A stretch of 64,000 nucleotides of DNA from contig MU053487.1 of the NCBI GenBank assembly GCA_013239625.1, positions 1,571,058-1,635,057 of the forward strand, given 5' to 3'. Positions 37,731 through 51,979 of this stretch are shown here, piece by piece. Numbering within the stretch: the first letter of the stretch is position 1; each line of letters opens with the position of its first letter. Source of the stretch: Lama guanicoe (lineage: Eukaryota). A model generated the notes under the pieces. It was not told the DNA's origin and made no database searches. It saw only the letters and a list, made by a program, of their open reading frames with translations. Made by a program: the position numbers and the translations under genes.

Positions 37731-38529
37731 TTCCTACACCTATTGTACTGCAAATTAATCTCATAACATTAATTGCAAGACATTCTGGAAAGAGCAGTAA
37801 CCCCAGGTATCCATTGTGCTGGACCATATATTCACCGTGGGACTCTGAGCCCTGTGCTCCCTAAGTTAAATTGCTTCATTTATAAATCACGAACTTTGAA
37901 CCAGATGATCCCAAAGGTGGATTTCCATTCTTACTAGCAAAATTTGAATCTCTAATCCTGTATAAATATATCCATCCGATGCTGCAGTTCACCTGCACTG
38001 TCTTACATACAAAGACAGCCACACTTTTTTTTCCCCGTTCCCATTTATCTCCTTAGCAGAATTCTCCAAAGGCTCATAAACGTAGAAAGTAACTTTTTAT
38101 CCAAGCTCTATATTTTTATGGAGATGGCTTTGTCTTTGTGAGTCTTGGGTTGTCAGTGTATATAAATGAAGGTTTTCTTGGAAGAATGGGTAGTCCTTCT
38201 TGACTTGGGATTTGACTCAGCATTGCCAGAGTCAGAGTAGGGACAGAGGAAGGAGTGAAGAGGAAGTCAGGAGAGGAAGCACCGCCAGGCTGTGCGGGTC
38301 ACCGCTGTGAGGCATCTTGGTCCCTGGAGAGCAATGAGGAAACTAGAGGCTTCCTGGAATCTGAGTGGGTTCAGGTTCTGATGGAAAGAAAGAAGTAAAG
38401 GGAAGGGAGGGGCGAGAATTTGAATGGGGCAGGAGACAACTCCTGAGTTTGCCTAAAACTAAGTAACAGGAAAGTGAATCGAAGGTGATTTAAAAGAAGA
38501 AAAAAAAGTCGTCTTCACACCGAATGCAC

Positions 38530-38850
38530 CAGGCAAGAGAGAAGTATGTCCTGAACTAAGATATTGGAAGTAGAAGTGAAGAGAAGTTGATACAGTGAGA
38601 TAGTTTTGCAAGTAAAATTGATAGGATTTGCTGATATAGCAGATTGAGGGTTTGGGAAAAGGAAGAATCAAGGATGATGCGGTTTCTGATTTAAACAACT
38701 GAGTTGATTGGTGCTATTTAATTAGGTGGGAAAGACTAGAAACTAAGCACGGGAAGGAAAAGAAGAAAATTCAGATTCCCATATTATACCAGGTTATTTG
38801 ATATGCAGCTCTGAATTCCAAGAGAGAAGTCAAATGACAGTTTGATAAAA
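38530..38850 (-). mobile_element. L2 remnant
   Basis: ATAGGATTTGCTGAT...GGAAGAATCAAGGATGATGCGGTTTCTGATTT. Confidence 0.7.
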
Positions 38851-40544
38851 ACTGTGGCATACAGAGGACAAGTATGAGACCGAAGTATCCTTCTTGTTGT
38901 GGTCCACACAAGGGTGACATTTTAAAGCACCAGAAAGGGTGATCATTTGACCCAAGTTAGGCCAGCTGGGGCTTTCTTCCCTGATATTTGAAACTTAGAG
39001 GAACAAAAAAACTGAAATACCTGGTTTCCACTTTATCCTCATTAGGGTGTTCTGAACAGTTGGGACCACACTTCTGTTTCTTACTTCTGTAACTGCCTCG
39101 CTTCCTTCCTTGTTTCTCTAACCTTTCATCGGTTCAGTGAACCCCTGATAGTCTTCTTTGGAAGGTGGGTTATTTTGCTTAAATGCACTAGGTTTGAGTG
39201 TCTGTTGCTGGCAATCATGGAGCCCTGACTGGTTCAGTGGACAAATTCCATCAAAAGCCAGATGAGAACAGCTTGAAGGGAAATGTAAATACATCGGAAG
39301 CTGCAAGGATTTTAAAGACCAACAAGGAGGAGCAACACAAAGAGGTTTCATTCATCCAAACCCCAATTGCAAGAAATGTGTCCCTTTTATTTCTGCCAAC
39401 CAACCTTAACCTGTTCAGAGGCCCCCTTCCATCTGAATGACAGATTACCTGATCTTAGTTATTAGCCACTTCCCTCTCCAACCTTGAGATATACAAGAAA
39501 CTAGAACTTATTTGTTGGCAGAAGAGAAAGGAAGAGCCCCGGTTTCGTGTGGTCTCTACCATCTGTCCCTTGGGCACCTCCCATTGGTCCACAGCACTGA
39601 CCACAGATGCCGCATCACAGCTCTCCGTCTGTCATCCTTTCATCTAAGGAGCTTGATGCCAGAGCACACCTGTCCACAGTTCCGTCCTCAGGACCCACTT
39701 CTTACAAGAAGCTCAAATTTCATGTCCAGCCATTTCTACTTCCCCTTGTCACAAATATTGCTCCCTTTCTGCCCTCGGCCACTCTGGGCAATCCAGATTC
39801 AATATAATCCCCATCAGTTGGCCTTTAGAACCACAATACTGACTTCTTTCTTGTAGGTGGCGGTGGGGAAAGAATAACACCGGTTTTGTTGTTGTTGTTC
39901 CTAACAACATGCCCTGTTAAATAACCAGTGCCGCACACACATCACTGTGTCATCATTTTGTTTGTTGATGATTGTAAAATCCTTGAGCACATGAAAAGTC
40001 AGATCTCTGTACAACCCGTTCCCAGTTCCTGGACTTACCAAATACTCAATAAACACTTGTTAAATAGAACCCCACAGAAATACACTGTGTAGACTCCTCT
40101 TAATGTCTTTGCTTAGTTCCCAAGAATAGCTTTTGTGGGAAGTCATAAAAATGCATTGATGAGTAGATAGCATCCCCAAACCGAGATTTTCAAGTGCTTT
40201 TCAATAATTAAATTCTCAGGAACAATTTAAAGCTTGCATAGTTTTCTCTCAAATACTCTCTAGAGACAGCTGGTGCTTGCTGGGGTTCACCGGCTTCAGT
40301 ACGAGTTCATTTTCCTCTCTTTGGTGTTAGATGTACTGGCTGAAATGAGGGGGAGGGAACGGGGACGACAAATTAAATAGGTGGAGTCTGCAAGGTGGCA
40401 GAGCCCTCACACAGATTAGTGAACAGTCGGCTTTGCTCTCAGTCATGGCCACGCTGGGCTTCAGTGTTCTAAACGAAATCAAGCAAGTAGTTGCATGAGC
40501 CTAGGGCAGTATTTAGTGTCTAAGGTTCTGAGGTCAATTCAGTT

Positions 40545-40790
40545 AATGATCAGGCTTCAGCAACTCTATTATATGTTTTGTGCCTCATTTCTCTCCTTGG
40601 ATAACAGGATTTATAAACTGCTGTCTCAGTGGGAAAGGGTGGAAAAAATCTTCTGACTTTCCACGTGCCTAACGGCACATAGACCATGCTAGAAGTTGAA
40701 TCCAAAGCGGCATGTGACTTGCCCAAGTCAGAGTTTAATAAAAGTAATCTGGGAGCCTTTTCTATTTTTATCCACTCAGATCCCTGAGGC
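40545..40790 (-). mobile_element. MIR-like remnant
   Basis: TGACTTTCCACGTGCC...AGAAGTTGAATCCAAAG...TGACT. Confidence 0.4.
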
Positions 40791-41744
40791 TTTGTCATCC
40801 TGTTAGAGCTGCTCAGAACTGACTCTCCACCCCCATCTGTAACCCATCACAGAAACGCCTTTCAATTCTGAACCTTCCAGGCATGGCTTTTTTTTTTTAC
40901 CTCCTGCAAGAAATCTTTTCTTCCTTAAATAATGTCTGCCCTATTCCTCATTAGGCACTAGCTGGCTATAGTATCACTGTTGTGATAGCAGTGATGATCA
41001 TTGACTATAGGAGAAAATTGTGTTTCTCGGATGATAGCTTTGAAATCCTAGGAGTGATCCCTGGTGACAGTTTCAGATTGTGCACCATGGGCAAGGGGGA
41101 GGCACTTGGTGATCAGAATGGACATTTGGGAAGAAGTGATGAGAAGGGTTGCCTGACTCTAGAAGACATTTCAGTGTCCTGTCCTGTGAATAGGAAATGC
41201 TTAAAACAACCCTTCACTTTGAATAAAAGGCATTACATACGTGTCGAAATGTAAAGGATTAAATGTCTCACAGTCTGCTGTTCAGTGGAGATTCTCTCAG
41301 GTTTCTGAGTTTATCCTCCCTAATAAAGCACCTTATCAGTTAGACAGGACTAATCATTAAATAGAATTTTACAAGGTAAGGAAGCTGCAGATCATAGAGG
41401 AAAAAAAAGAGAAATGTTATTTTCAGCTCTGCCATTGCCATATCATGTTCTGGCATCGTGGGGTTTAAGGCCTGCGTAATGCACTTGAGGGCTGTGAGCA
41501 GGGAGATTCTAATGGTTACTATACCTACTCCCACCTGAATCTGAACAGTTTAAGAGTTAGTGTGTATCTCCTGTAAATGCTTTGTAAATGGTTAGTGTCA
41601 TGTTACAACATAGGATTCTTGTCTTTGTTACATATTTTAACCCAGATTAACTCAGGTGGTAAATTGAAAATAGAAAATGATCAATAATCCAGAGCCTCAG
41701 TTGGCCTCACCATCTCTTATTTAGAATAATCAATTAATAAACCG

Positions 41745-41870
41745 ATTATTCATTCATTCAACAAATAATTATTGAGCTGGTTTTATTTCTAGTCACAATT
41801 GTAGGTACTGGAGATTCAGCAATGAACAAAATGTGCAGAATTTCTACCCTCTTGAAGTTTGTGTGCTAGG
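41745..41870 (-). mobile_element. L2 3' end
   Basis: ATTCATTCATTCAACAAATAATTATTGAG...GTAGGTACTGGAGATTCAGCAATGAACAAAA. Confidence 0.85.
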
Positions 41871-44134
41871 GGGCACCATTAAGCATTGAAGATACTAAGC
41901 ATTAGTTTGATCCACATGGTTGCAAGAGGAGAAGCAGCACATAGTAAATCACTGATCCAGGCACGAATCTGCTATTTTGTGGTGACATTTAACTCAAATA
42001 GATTTGCCCAGTTAGCGAAGCTTTGACTGACTGGGGGAAGATGGCGTGAGTACATTCAAGGGTAGGTGTGTGCAAGTTGGAAAGATGCAGTTGATTTAAA
42101 TGCTTGCTGTCAGAAAGGAGATGAGGTGTGTTTGTTTGTTTGTTTGTTTTTAGCTTGAACTTATGTTTCAAGTTGGAATCTCAAGTCACTGAATTATGTC
42201 ATCTTAAAGCTGGAGGGGTCTTTAGGAGACTCCTAATCTAAGTTCCTCTTTATAAATACCTCAACAATTAAGCCCAGACTTGGCCAAGGAAGTTATTTAC
42301 AAAGAATCTCCAATGGTGCTTAGCACCTATCACAACCTTAATAGACATGTATTTCCATATTTATTTTTGAGAAATGATGGACTCTTGCAGGATTATGTTA
42401 GTTAGGGCACTGGCATATTCTACTCAGAGTGTGATAACAGATGTGCTATCCATTTATTAATGTGTTATGAGAACTACTTCCCCATGCTATCCCTGCTGTC
42501 TGGGGAAGGGGTCCTGCCTAGGAGATAAGAGATCTGGATTCTAGTCTTGATGTAAAACCTGAGCAAGTCATTAAATTCTTACAATTTAAAAGATAATATA
42601 TATCCTGCCTCTTTTGTGTAAATGTAGTGAGGTTGCCTGAAGTTATGGGTGTAAAAAATTTTTTTTAAATAAAACACTGTAAAACTTTGGACTAATATTA
42701 AACAATCTCAATACTCTACAGTCACAAAGACTTGATGATTTATGGTTGGGTCAATCTTCACGGCCTTAAACTTCCCCAATACCTCTTTCAGTTACATCCT
42801 TCCTTTCAGTGAAAGAGACCCCTGGGACCAATCCAAAGGGTCATGAGGACAGGCTTGTGGCCATGCCCACTATATGACATTTCCTCAACCCTGATAATGG
42901 TGCCCAGGTTTGAAATCCAGCCACAGCTATCATGGTGATGCTGTTGAGCCTCTAGAAGCAGCTTTCATATTTGTGTTTCAGATGAATGACTTTTGGAAAA
43001 TACACGTCTCCACAAAGTACAGAATTTGCTGTAAGGTACGTGATTTGGGGTCAGAGTGATCCTGTTCCTTATGCACTACAGTCATGGGAGGATTCCAAAT
43101 ACTAAGTGCTGTAGTGAGCAGGGATACACACAACAGCAACCCTTGGTTTTGTATTTACCTGGAGGACCAATTTGATACTAATATTTGCACACTATTCATG
43201 GTGGATTTTTTTAAAATGCAAGCTAATAAATTTCCTCTGCTTCCTCTGATCTGTATAGTCCATGCATATTTGAATCCTCTCACTGCCACTGTCCCCTTCG
43301 CCTTAGAACTTTGCTGTTTTGAGAGGATAAAGGACACATTTTTATATGTGGTGAATCCAAGGCAACTAGCTGATGGAGTTGGCAGCAATTTTGAATGACT
43401 TCTTTGCCTTTGGCATTTTTCAGTAATCCGTTGTGGAGGTTGTAACATAATACAGGGTAAAGATACAGAGCTCATTTACCAGTGTTTTCCCAAAACCTGT
43501 ATATGTGGTTTCACGTTCATTATTTGATGTTTTGGGTGGAGTTGCTGCCTCCTGGGGAATATGCATCAGGTGTTGTTCTGTAAGATTCTCATCTGCTCTC
43601 ACCAAAGTGTGATGACACAGTTCAGTCCACACTGAAGTCAATGTTTCATTAGGTATCTAGGAACTTCTTCCGTTCTGTTACTTGTTAGAAAGCATATGGA
43701 GCCATAAAGTGTCCCTTAACAGGGCAGAAATACATCCTGAACTCCGAGTCTTGTGCCACAGCTGCTAAGGTGACAGGATGGTGAGGTACAAAAAGCCAAA
43801 GCATACAAGACTAAAATGTCTTTACATTCCGTGGGCCAAGAGGAGTACGTTTATTATTTGACTTTCCTATTGATAATGTGAGAGAGAGTTCTAGGTAAAA
43901 CATCTGCTACCTTGACAAATTGTTTTTTGTTTGTTTCTTTGCTTTCATTAGTTCAGCAAAATCAAGTCACAGATGGACAATAAACTGTAGACTGGACTGA
44001 AAACTATAGACTTTTTTTTTTTAACCCACTGCATTTGTAAAAACAATTGTCTTACAGGACACTAACCGAGTTTTTGTTTGTATACCATGGTTCCCTAGAG
44101 AAAACAAAACAAAACTCTTCTTAGCAGTCATCTT

Positions 44135-44228
44135 CTTTTATTTATTTTTATTGATGTGTGATTGATTTACAGTGTTGTGTTTGTTTCTGGTGTACAGCAT
44201 GGTGATTCATTTACACATGTATACATCT
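44135..44228 (-). mobile_element. L1 3' tail fragment
   Basis: TTTATTGATGTGTGATTGATTTACAGTGTTGTG...TTTCTGGTGTACAGCA. Confidence 0.8.
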
Positions 44229-44989
44229 TTAAAACAGTGACCCCCCCACACTAATAGAATCAGAGAGGTTTAGATGATTCTCTGGGACAGTTTTTTTCTT
44301 CCACTTACTCTTACTGTGAGTTAAGGGCCTTTGCTCTGTTATTAATTCTACTGCCCCATCACAACCCTTCTGAATGTGGGTCAGTCTCCCCACTTAACGC
44401 TGCAGGATGAGGGCAGGCCCTGTCTTCGGGTTGGTTGCCTGAGCCTTGCAGATGGAGAGTTTGCCCTGAGGGATAACTGAAAAAATAAAGTACATTTGGG
44501 TCAATTGAAATATTTATTTCATCCAATTGCTATGAGAGTTCCGATAGTTGGTATGAAGGACCGGAAGACGTGAAGACTTTGAGACTCGTGGGAATAATCT
44601 AGGCAAAGAAAGTTTCTTGAGTTAGAAGAGGACAGTTTAGATATCGAGAATGAGCCATGCTTGGAAGGAAGGGAACTAGATATGGGAAATTTTATGTTCA
44701 TACTCAAAATTTGCACTCAGCTTTCTGTTCTGCTAGGATTCTAGGGTTGCTTAGCTTTTGACTTGACAAGAGACCTAAGAAAGTCACCGACCTTGGGAGA
44801 GCTCAACAGGTAGCCTTACAATCAGGTCATCACATTCATATGAAACTTGCCAGTGTTCAGGGACTGGATGAACATATTAGTCATGTAGCTGTTACTAAGC
44901 AATACATCATAAATATTAGAAGTGTTTATGTAATTTTGATCATGCTGCATGTTAGAGGCCCAACACTAGAGTCTGGATTGCTTGAAACA

Positions 44990-45275
44990 ATAATTTTCAG
45001 CTATGTAGGTTAAATAAGTCTGGAGATCTAATGGCTAACATGATGGCTACACTTAGTAATACTGCATTGAATACTGGAAATTTGCTAAAAGAGTAGATAT
45101 CAGTTGTTCTCACTACATACACACACACACACACACACAAATGGTAAAAATATTAATTAGCTTGACTGTAGCAATCATTCTACTAGGTATATGTATTTCA
45201 AATAATCACGTTGTACACCTTAAATTCATATAATTCATATTTAAAGTAGAATGAAATAAACAAATTTAAAAATAA
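44990..45275 (+). mobile_element. L1MA-like 3' end containing a (CA)n microsatellite
   Basis: AATAAGTCTGGAGATCTAAT, AAATTTGCTAAAAGAGTAGAT, GTTGTACACCTTAAAT; (CA)n at ~45120-45139. Confidence 0.85.
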
Positions 45276-47699
45276 AGAATTTGCTATTAATGTTGATAGA
45301 AGACATTATAGAAGAATCACTTCTCATAATCGACAGTTTTAGACATTTTCATGAAAAAAGGAATTTATACTTATTAAAGAAGTGAAAATATGAATAATTC
45401 ACAAAACAAATGACTTAGCGCCTAGTATCTGTTATAGTCAAATTTACTATTTTGCAGGAAAAATGAAGACACATACTTTTGATAGTAGTAGAGAGTAATT
45501 TTTATTTTTTCCTAAACTGCCTATTGTTTTCAAAGTTATTAACAACATATATTAATTTCTGACACAATTAGGAAAAACTTTTAAAATCTTCTTTGGCTAG
45601 ATTTCCTAAAAACTGTCTCTTCATGCAAAGATCTTTGTGATTCTGACAAAAATCATTCCAGATGACTAAATGTCTTTATGTTCACACAATAACAAAGGGC
45701 TTTTTATTTGTAACATTCAGCTGTACGCTCCTGACTTGTACATTGACTATTGTGATGGGATTGGCTCTCTAGAATCTTCTTTCTGAAGCCTTAGGCATTA
45801 GGTAGATTCCTTTTGTTAACTCAGAATGTATAAATAGATGGCCATGAATCTGAAGATCCCTCTTCATAACCTGATTGATTCCATCTCTTCAATTAAGTCA
45901 AAAATAATCCATATTCCCAGACATGGCTTTCTGGAAACTTTTCTAGTTTGTATTTTAACACTATCGTTGTCTTATTAACTCTGTTGGTCCCGTCGTAAGT
46001 GAAGTCTCTGAGTATTACATACATGAGAAAACCTTATGTCTTGCAAGCCCAGCTGTAAGGACAACTTCAGGTAGGATCTGAGAAAGGAGTTGGCTGTCAG
46101 CTGCTTGCTCCACCTTCCTTAGGTGTTCATATTACTGATCTCTTCAAGGCAAAGGTGTAAAATAATCAAACCTGATTATTAGTGGTCCTCTTCTTTTTCA
46201 CTCAATTATACCACTGTGTGTCCAGAAACTCAGTTCTCCCCTGGTCAAGTCACCATCTTTCAGCTCTTTTCCTTGGGCAGTGTCTCAGAAGTTGTATCTT
46301 ACTGCTCCAACTCCCATCAAAAATGACCTGTTCTGTAACACCTGGGGAACCCTGTCCCCTGCACTCCCTGCTAACTGCATAATCCAGTCTTCTAAAACGT
46401 GTCCAGCAGATCATTTAATCATCGCCAAATCAATACTGACCATCTATGTCATTTGCCTTTAGACATGTAGTCTCACACTCAGGAAAGTATCACTACTCCA
46501 CTGCCAGAGGCCTGAGAAAGTCCTTAAAATTATATAAACACAGATTGGCATGGCAGCTGAAAGGGAGCTTAAAGATGAAAAAACGCTAACTGCTGAGAGG
46601 TTACAGCACCTGGTCAGCAGAGAGTGGCAGAGCTGTGGCTAAAACCCTAAGCTGAGTGTTTTTCTCACTCCTCCATTCCATTTACCAAAAGCAAGACTGG
46701 ACAGAAAGGGGTGGGACTGCTGGGCTGGGTGAGAAGGACTAAAAGGACAGAAAGGCGCCCAGATGTTTCCGTGGAGTTCACAACTGACTCGAACGGATCA
46801 GACCATTTCTTAACTCTTTCCGTTTAGCCAAACATCAACATGGAAAATACCTTGTAAGCTGATTTCTTGGAGAATCAGGGAGACACAGAGAGAGATCGAG
46901 CAGCTATGACACAACCATACATCACCAGGGCCAGAATCCCTCTACGCAGGTAGCCGCCACTTTTCTAAATCTTGGTCGGATACTAAAAGCTCATCCTGTG
47001 AATGTCAGAGCTTTTCCAGTCCAACCCCTGTTCTAAGCCACACAGCCCCTTCCTTTTGCAGAGCAGTAAGTTAGATAACTAGTAAGCAAAGCATAAATGC
47101 TGGCAGGTGCTGCTAGAGGAGCGGAGGTTCCCCATTTCACCTTTAATAAAATGTGTTCACACCTGTTAAACGGCATAAGACATTCCTACAGTCTCATTTC
47201 CTAAGGTTTAAGTAATTTTTAAATATTTAACATAATATTTTTTCAGACTCCTAGAACCCCAGAATGCCCATGGGCAACTTTTAATAATAATGAAAGAAGG
47301 AAAGTGAAGGTAGCCTATAGAAAGGTGCACATCTATCCTGATGTTTCTCCTCCTTCCTCCCACCTTCCTGCCTTCAATCTGCCTTGTGTCTTGTGGACAT
47401 CACTGTTCTCTCACACTTGGACCACCCTCCTGATTTCTCAGCAGAAGCTGAGAGCTTCACAACCTGGTCTTTGTCAACCTTTCTAAACTCACTCCTGCCG
47501 TGATTCCTACCTGTGATGAGATTCAGCCACGTCAATCTGTCCAGCGTGCCTTCTTCACTTTTATGTCGAATCCTTTGCAGACACCGTGCCTCTTTCTTTA
47601 CTTGACAGTACTTACTGGCAACCACTAATCCCTTCCGCTCCTCCTGTTAGCTCCACATCCCTGCTCTCCATCCATAGAAGAGTTCCACGTGTTCTAACT

Positions 47700-48168
47700 A
47701 GCTTCTAACCGTCCTCGTCTCCTGGCATATAGACCTTTGCTAGTCTCCTCCTGCACTGAATCAGGGCTGACAGTGGATGACTTCTGAGATTAGTCATTAG
47801 GGCCACTGGGGCTTTTGTGTTGTTCTCTTGGATTGCTTGCTCTGGAGAATAACGGATACTGTGTTGTGAGGGTTCTCAAGAGGCCCACATGGAGAAGAGC
47901 TGAGCTCACAGTCAGCAGCAACTCGGCTGCCATGTGAGCGAGCTGCCCTGACAGCACGTCCCCCAGCCACAGCCAGGCCTTCAGGTGACTGCAGCCCTAC
48001 CCAGCATCTGACTGTGCCTCACATTAAACCCCGGGCCAGCTCTGCCCAGCCAAGCAACTTCCAGAATTCCTGATCCACGGAAACTGTAAGAGACAGTGCA
48101 TGTATATTGTTCTTCTAAACACTACATTTTTGAGTCATATTTCTTACACAGCAATAGATAACTAATAT
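47700..48168 (+). mobile_element. MLT1F-like MaLR LTR
   Basis: GAGGCCCACATGGAGAAGAGCTGAG, GCCTTCAGGTGACTGCAGCCC, terminal CAGCAATAGATAACTAATA. Confidence 0.85.
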
Positions 48169-49149
48169 GACAGCCCCCTCCCCCCGGTAGCTATGATGGT
48201 TGCCCCAGTGTGGACTGGGTGTTGCCTCGCTGGGATTCCAGGCTTTCAAACATCCTACTAAGCACATTGAACCTTCGGCTTGGCTTTCTTGGTTTTCTTG
48301 TCTATCTCGCTCATGTGCTTCAAGATGTTTGAGGAATTATCACATTCTCTTATCTGTGGAGGCTGTAGCCACAGTAGAATTTGATCGTTACGAGTAACAT
48401 ATATTCTGTAGGGGTGAGACAGAGCTAATAATCTCAATCTTGCCATCTATGATAAAGGGAGAGAGAGGAGGAAGGTCGCCTAATTCTCCTGCACTAGGGT
48501 TTTGATAAACATAAGGCATGTAATACTGAAGTTTAAAACCATGACCTGCCTAGATAGCCCCCCTGCAATATACGGTGATAAAAATGCCTCAGCAGGAATC
48601 TTCTAGATGCAGATTACAGATCAAACACACTAATTTATCTTTTTCCCACTAAAATGACTGCATGACAAAGGGAGACAGAAGACATAGTGGAGAAGAGATG
48701 ACGACTGACTTGTAGAAGATGTGGAATGGTTGACTGGGAATGAATGACTCAGTATAGCTGGTAAAGTTACGCAGCCAGAGGACTGTTCTAAAGTTTGAGC
48801 CAAGAGCACCTGGGTCTCCAGCTGCCCTCCACACGCCGTGTAACCAGGCCTGCCCCGAAAGGCAAGAGCCTCATTCTAGGATGAAACCAAACAGGAGGGG
48901 ATCTGGGGGAGTCACATAGGAAGCTGGACGGCAAGTGGTGGCTGCAGGAAACTGGGCGGAGGGGCTTATACCTGCACGGGTATGGGCGTAACAGCGTTTT
49001 ATCCCTGCCTTACCCTCTCTGTAGAAGTTCATGCTCAGCCCTCCCCACTCCCACACATACATACAGAGCTTACAGTTGGCAGTTTAGTGCCTCAATCTTC
49101 AGTAGAATAGGCAACCAATAATCAAAGACATTTGGTGAATGCCTCAAAG

Positions 49150-49560
49150 GTGAAAGGTAGAGAACAGAGCAAAATATAACCAGAGATCACAAAGGAAATA
49201 ACAAGTTATCAGAAAAGGAGAAAAATCCTGGAAGTGGAACAAAATGTCCAAAACAAGACTTGACCATTGTTATTCCCAAAAAGATAAGAGAAGGTACTGC
49301 ATCCACGAGACAAGAAGAGGAAACAAGCGCACAGAAAGAAAGACAGCAACCAAGAGCGTGAGAAAGAGGAATCATGGAAAGAACATACACATAACAGCAT
49401 ATTTTCAAACCATTGACACAAGGGCTAGAAGATAAACTCAAAGAAATCTGCTGGAAAAATTGTAGTAAAATACGAAGTGGGAAAATAAGAGAAAATTAGA
49501 AAGTTAGGGAACCTATACATGAGGTCTAAAATCCCACATATTAATCCAGCAAAAGAAAAG
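49150..49560 (+). mobile_element. Ancient L1/HAL1 ORF1-like A-rich remnant
   Basis: Strong purine bias; TAGAAGATAAACTCAAAGAAATC...AAAATAAGAGAAAATTAGA. Confidence 0.4.
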
Positions 49561-51979
49561 AGGGCCAATCCTTGCATTGGACTAAAGAAAGAAAACTGAA
49601 CACACTGAGCCGATAGTAACACGGTATTTGAGCTAAGTGAAGGGAGCAAGCATCAGTTGGGTGACCACTGCTAGGGGTTTACAAAGATAACTCTGTTTCC
49701 TTCACAGCTCCGCAGGACAGGTACCCTTTCCCTCAGTGTACCCATGAGATCAGCAAGTTGAGGCACTTTACTGACTGCTGATACATAGTGGAGCCCGAGT
49801 TAGAGCAAGTATTGCCGTCAGTGTATTCAGATGCCTCGTATCCTCCCCTAATTTTTTTTTCCCCAAAACAGGCTAAAGTTTTGAGTGTTCCATTTAAAAA
49901 ATACAGATATCATCCCTTTGTAATTCTGTTAACCAAAGGCTGCTGAAGAAAACATCAAAAAAGCATCACAGAAAAATAACAGTGGGCAAACGGATCCCGC
50001 CCTGGGTTTGTCTTCTATAATTCATAGCCACTGCTTTGCTTCGTAGTCCTCGCACACTTAGGAAATGTGTTAGGTAGATAATTGTTTATCCCCCTTTCCT
50101 AGATTCATCTGGAAAGGAGTTGTGGGCTCCTGCTGGCAGAGATTTCAAGGTACACACACTAATGAGGGACGGCCAGGACCAGCCAGTGGGGGAGCTCTGC
50201 TCACTGTCTCCCCACTTTGAATCTTCTCTTTTTTCTCTTCTGCCTTATGGCTTGTATTCATTTTTACGTAGTAGGTCTACTTTCCTGTTAATTCTCACAG
50301 TAGGTGTGGACATCTCAGCTGTCAAAGGAGGATGCTTGAGAAGGCTACAACCACAAGTCTTGTTCCCAAAGGCTCCCTGTAGCAACTGGCCTAAGAGCAA
50401 GTTCTCAAACCAGTAACAAACTTGGGCAATCAGTGTGAGACCTACTTGGAAGATACTCAATGACTTTTATTCTCCAGATTCTAGAGAGTTTGCCTTAAAC
50501 AAAACAAATGGGGGTAGGGGGAGCTGTTCTGTTGGCCCCTAAGCATGGTTCACTAAAGACTTGTGTCACATCCTGAATGAACCACTGTCCTATGGCTCTG
50601 TCATCGGGCCACCTTTGTCCACTCCGGAAATCACACACAGCTCAGCAAGATAGAATTGGATGACCTAGCCACACTCAACTAGAATGAATGTTTGCTTTGT
50701 CAATCAGACTTAGATATTTTGGTTTGGATAGAGTCAAACAAATACAATTTGGGCCTCTTGACCTTGGAATGAATTCTATTTGGATCATGCTTTTTAATGT
50801 AAATTTTATTACTCTCCACTCCTCTTCCTGCATTGTACTTAGCATGCCTTGCAGAGGGCTTTGGCATAACTAGGTGGTGTTTATTCTGACAGAAATATTA
50901 CTGAGCATATAAATATTTCAGGATGCATTTGCATACCATGATAGTGATAATACTAAATTTTAGACCCAGCTCATAGAATGGGCTACTCTAACTGCGCAGT
51001 TTTATTTGTTTCAACTCATTTAGTGTGGGCCTAGACAGATGCTGTCTTAATTACTCCAAAACAATTTTCTGCTGTTTGAATATTTAGTGGCAGTTTCTCT
51101 GAGTACTTAAGATGCTTTCTCTGGTGAAATAAGTGTTTATAATGAAAGAGCTGTTGTTTTCTGATGACCCCCAAGCCAGTGTCCCTTGGCTCTTGTGGAT
51201 GTGAGTATCGCGTGCCATGTGATTTGTGGCTTCAAGTATTGACTCGTCCCCACTTTGTGTGTTTTGGCATAAACAATATATAAGAATGCTGGACAGGCGC
51301 TGCGCCAAGGGGTTGTGATGAGTCCGGCCAACACATACTCAGTGACTGCTGAGGAAGATGGATTGCCCAATAAGCTACCTGGTGCTCTGACAAGCTACCT
51401 TGGTGTGATAATCCTGTTTAAGATCTTGCTACATTATTCATTACTTTTCTCTGTGACTAATCTTTGCAGCCTGCTTCTGTTATGTTTCCGCCTACATTCT
51501 CAGAGGTAAGGAGACTATTGTTTTATGATGAAGATAAAGCCTTTCATTAATTTGTCCATGCTTTGCAGGGAAAGCAAAGGAAAACAATGATCTCTGGTGG
51601 TCCACTGTTCACAGACTGCTCCCTGCAGCTGGTAATTTCTACTGGCTACAGGAGAATTAATTGTACGTGAGGTGATAGCTGGCTTAGACTAGGTCTCTGT
51701 CAAATGCCCATGGAAAAGGAGATTAATTAAAAGGCTTCTGAACACATACCTTCTTCTTAAAGCACCAGCCTGGTTCTCCTGTGTTATGTTTGTTTATGAA
51801 CAGCTGGTGGGTATATGGCCATAGACACACAAATACTGCTGCCCTGCAAGCATCCATATCCCATTACCTTTCAACATCAGCAACATTGCAAGCGTAAGGT
51901 TAGTTAGCACAGAGATGCACTTAGGGGATCACAGGACAAAAGCTGAAAAGTTCCTCAAGAATTTAGCAGAATAAGTCCT

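Noticed and set aside
51315..51390. C/D box snoRNA (GTGATGA ... CTGA, ~76 nt)
   Set aside because: Terminal stem of only ~3 bp, no convincing C' box, and no guide complementarity to rRNA or snRNA that I can recognise.
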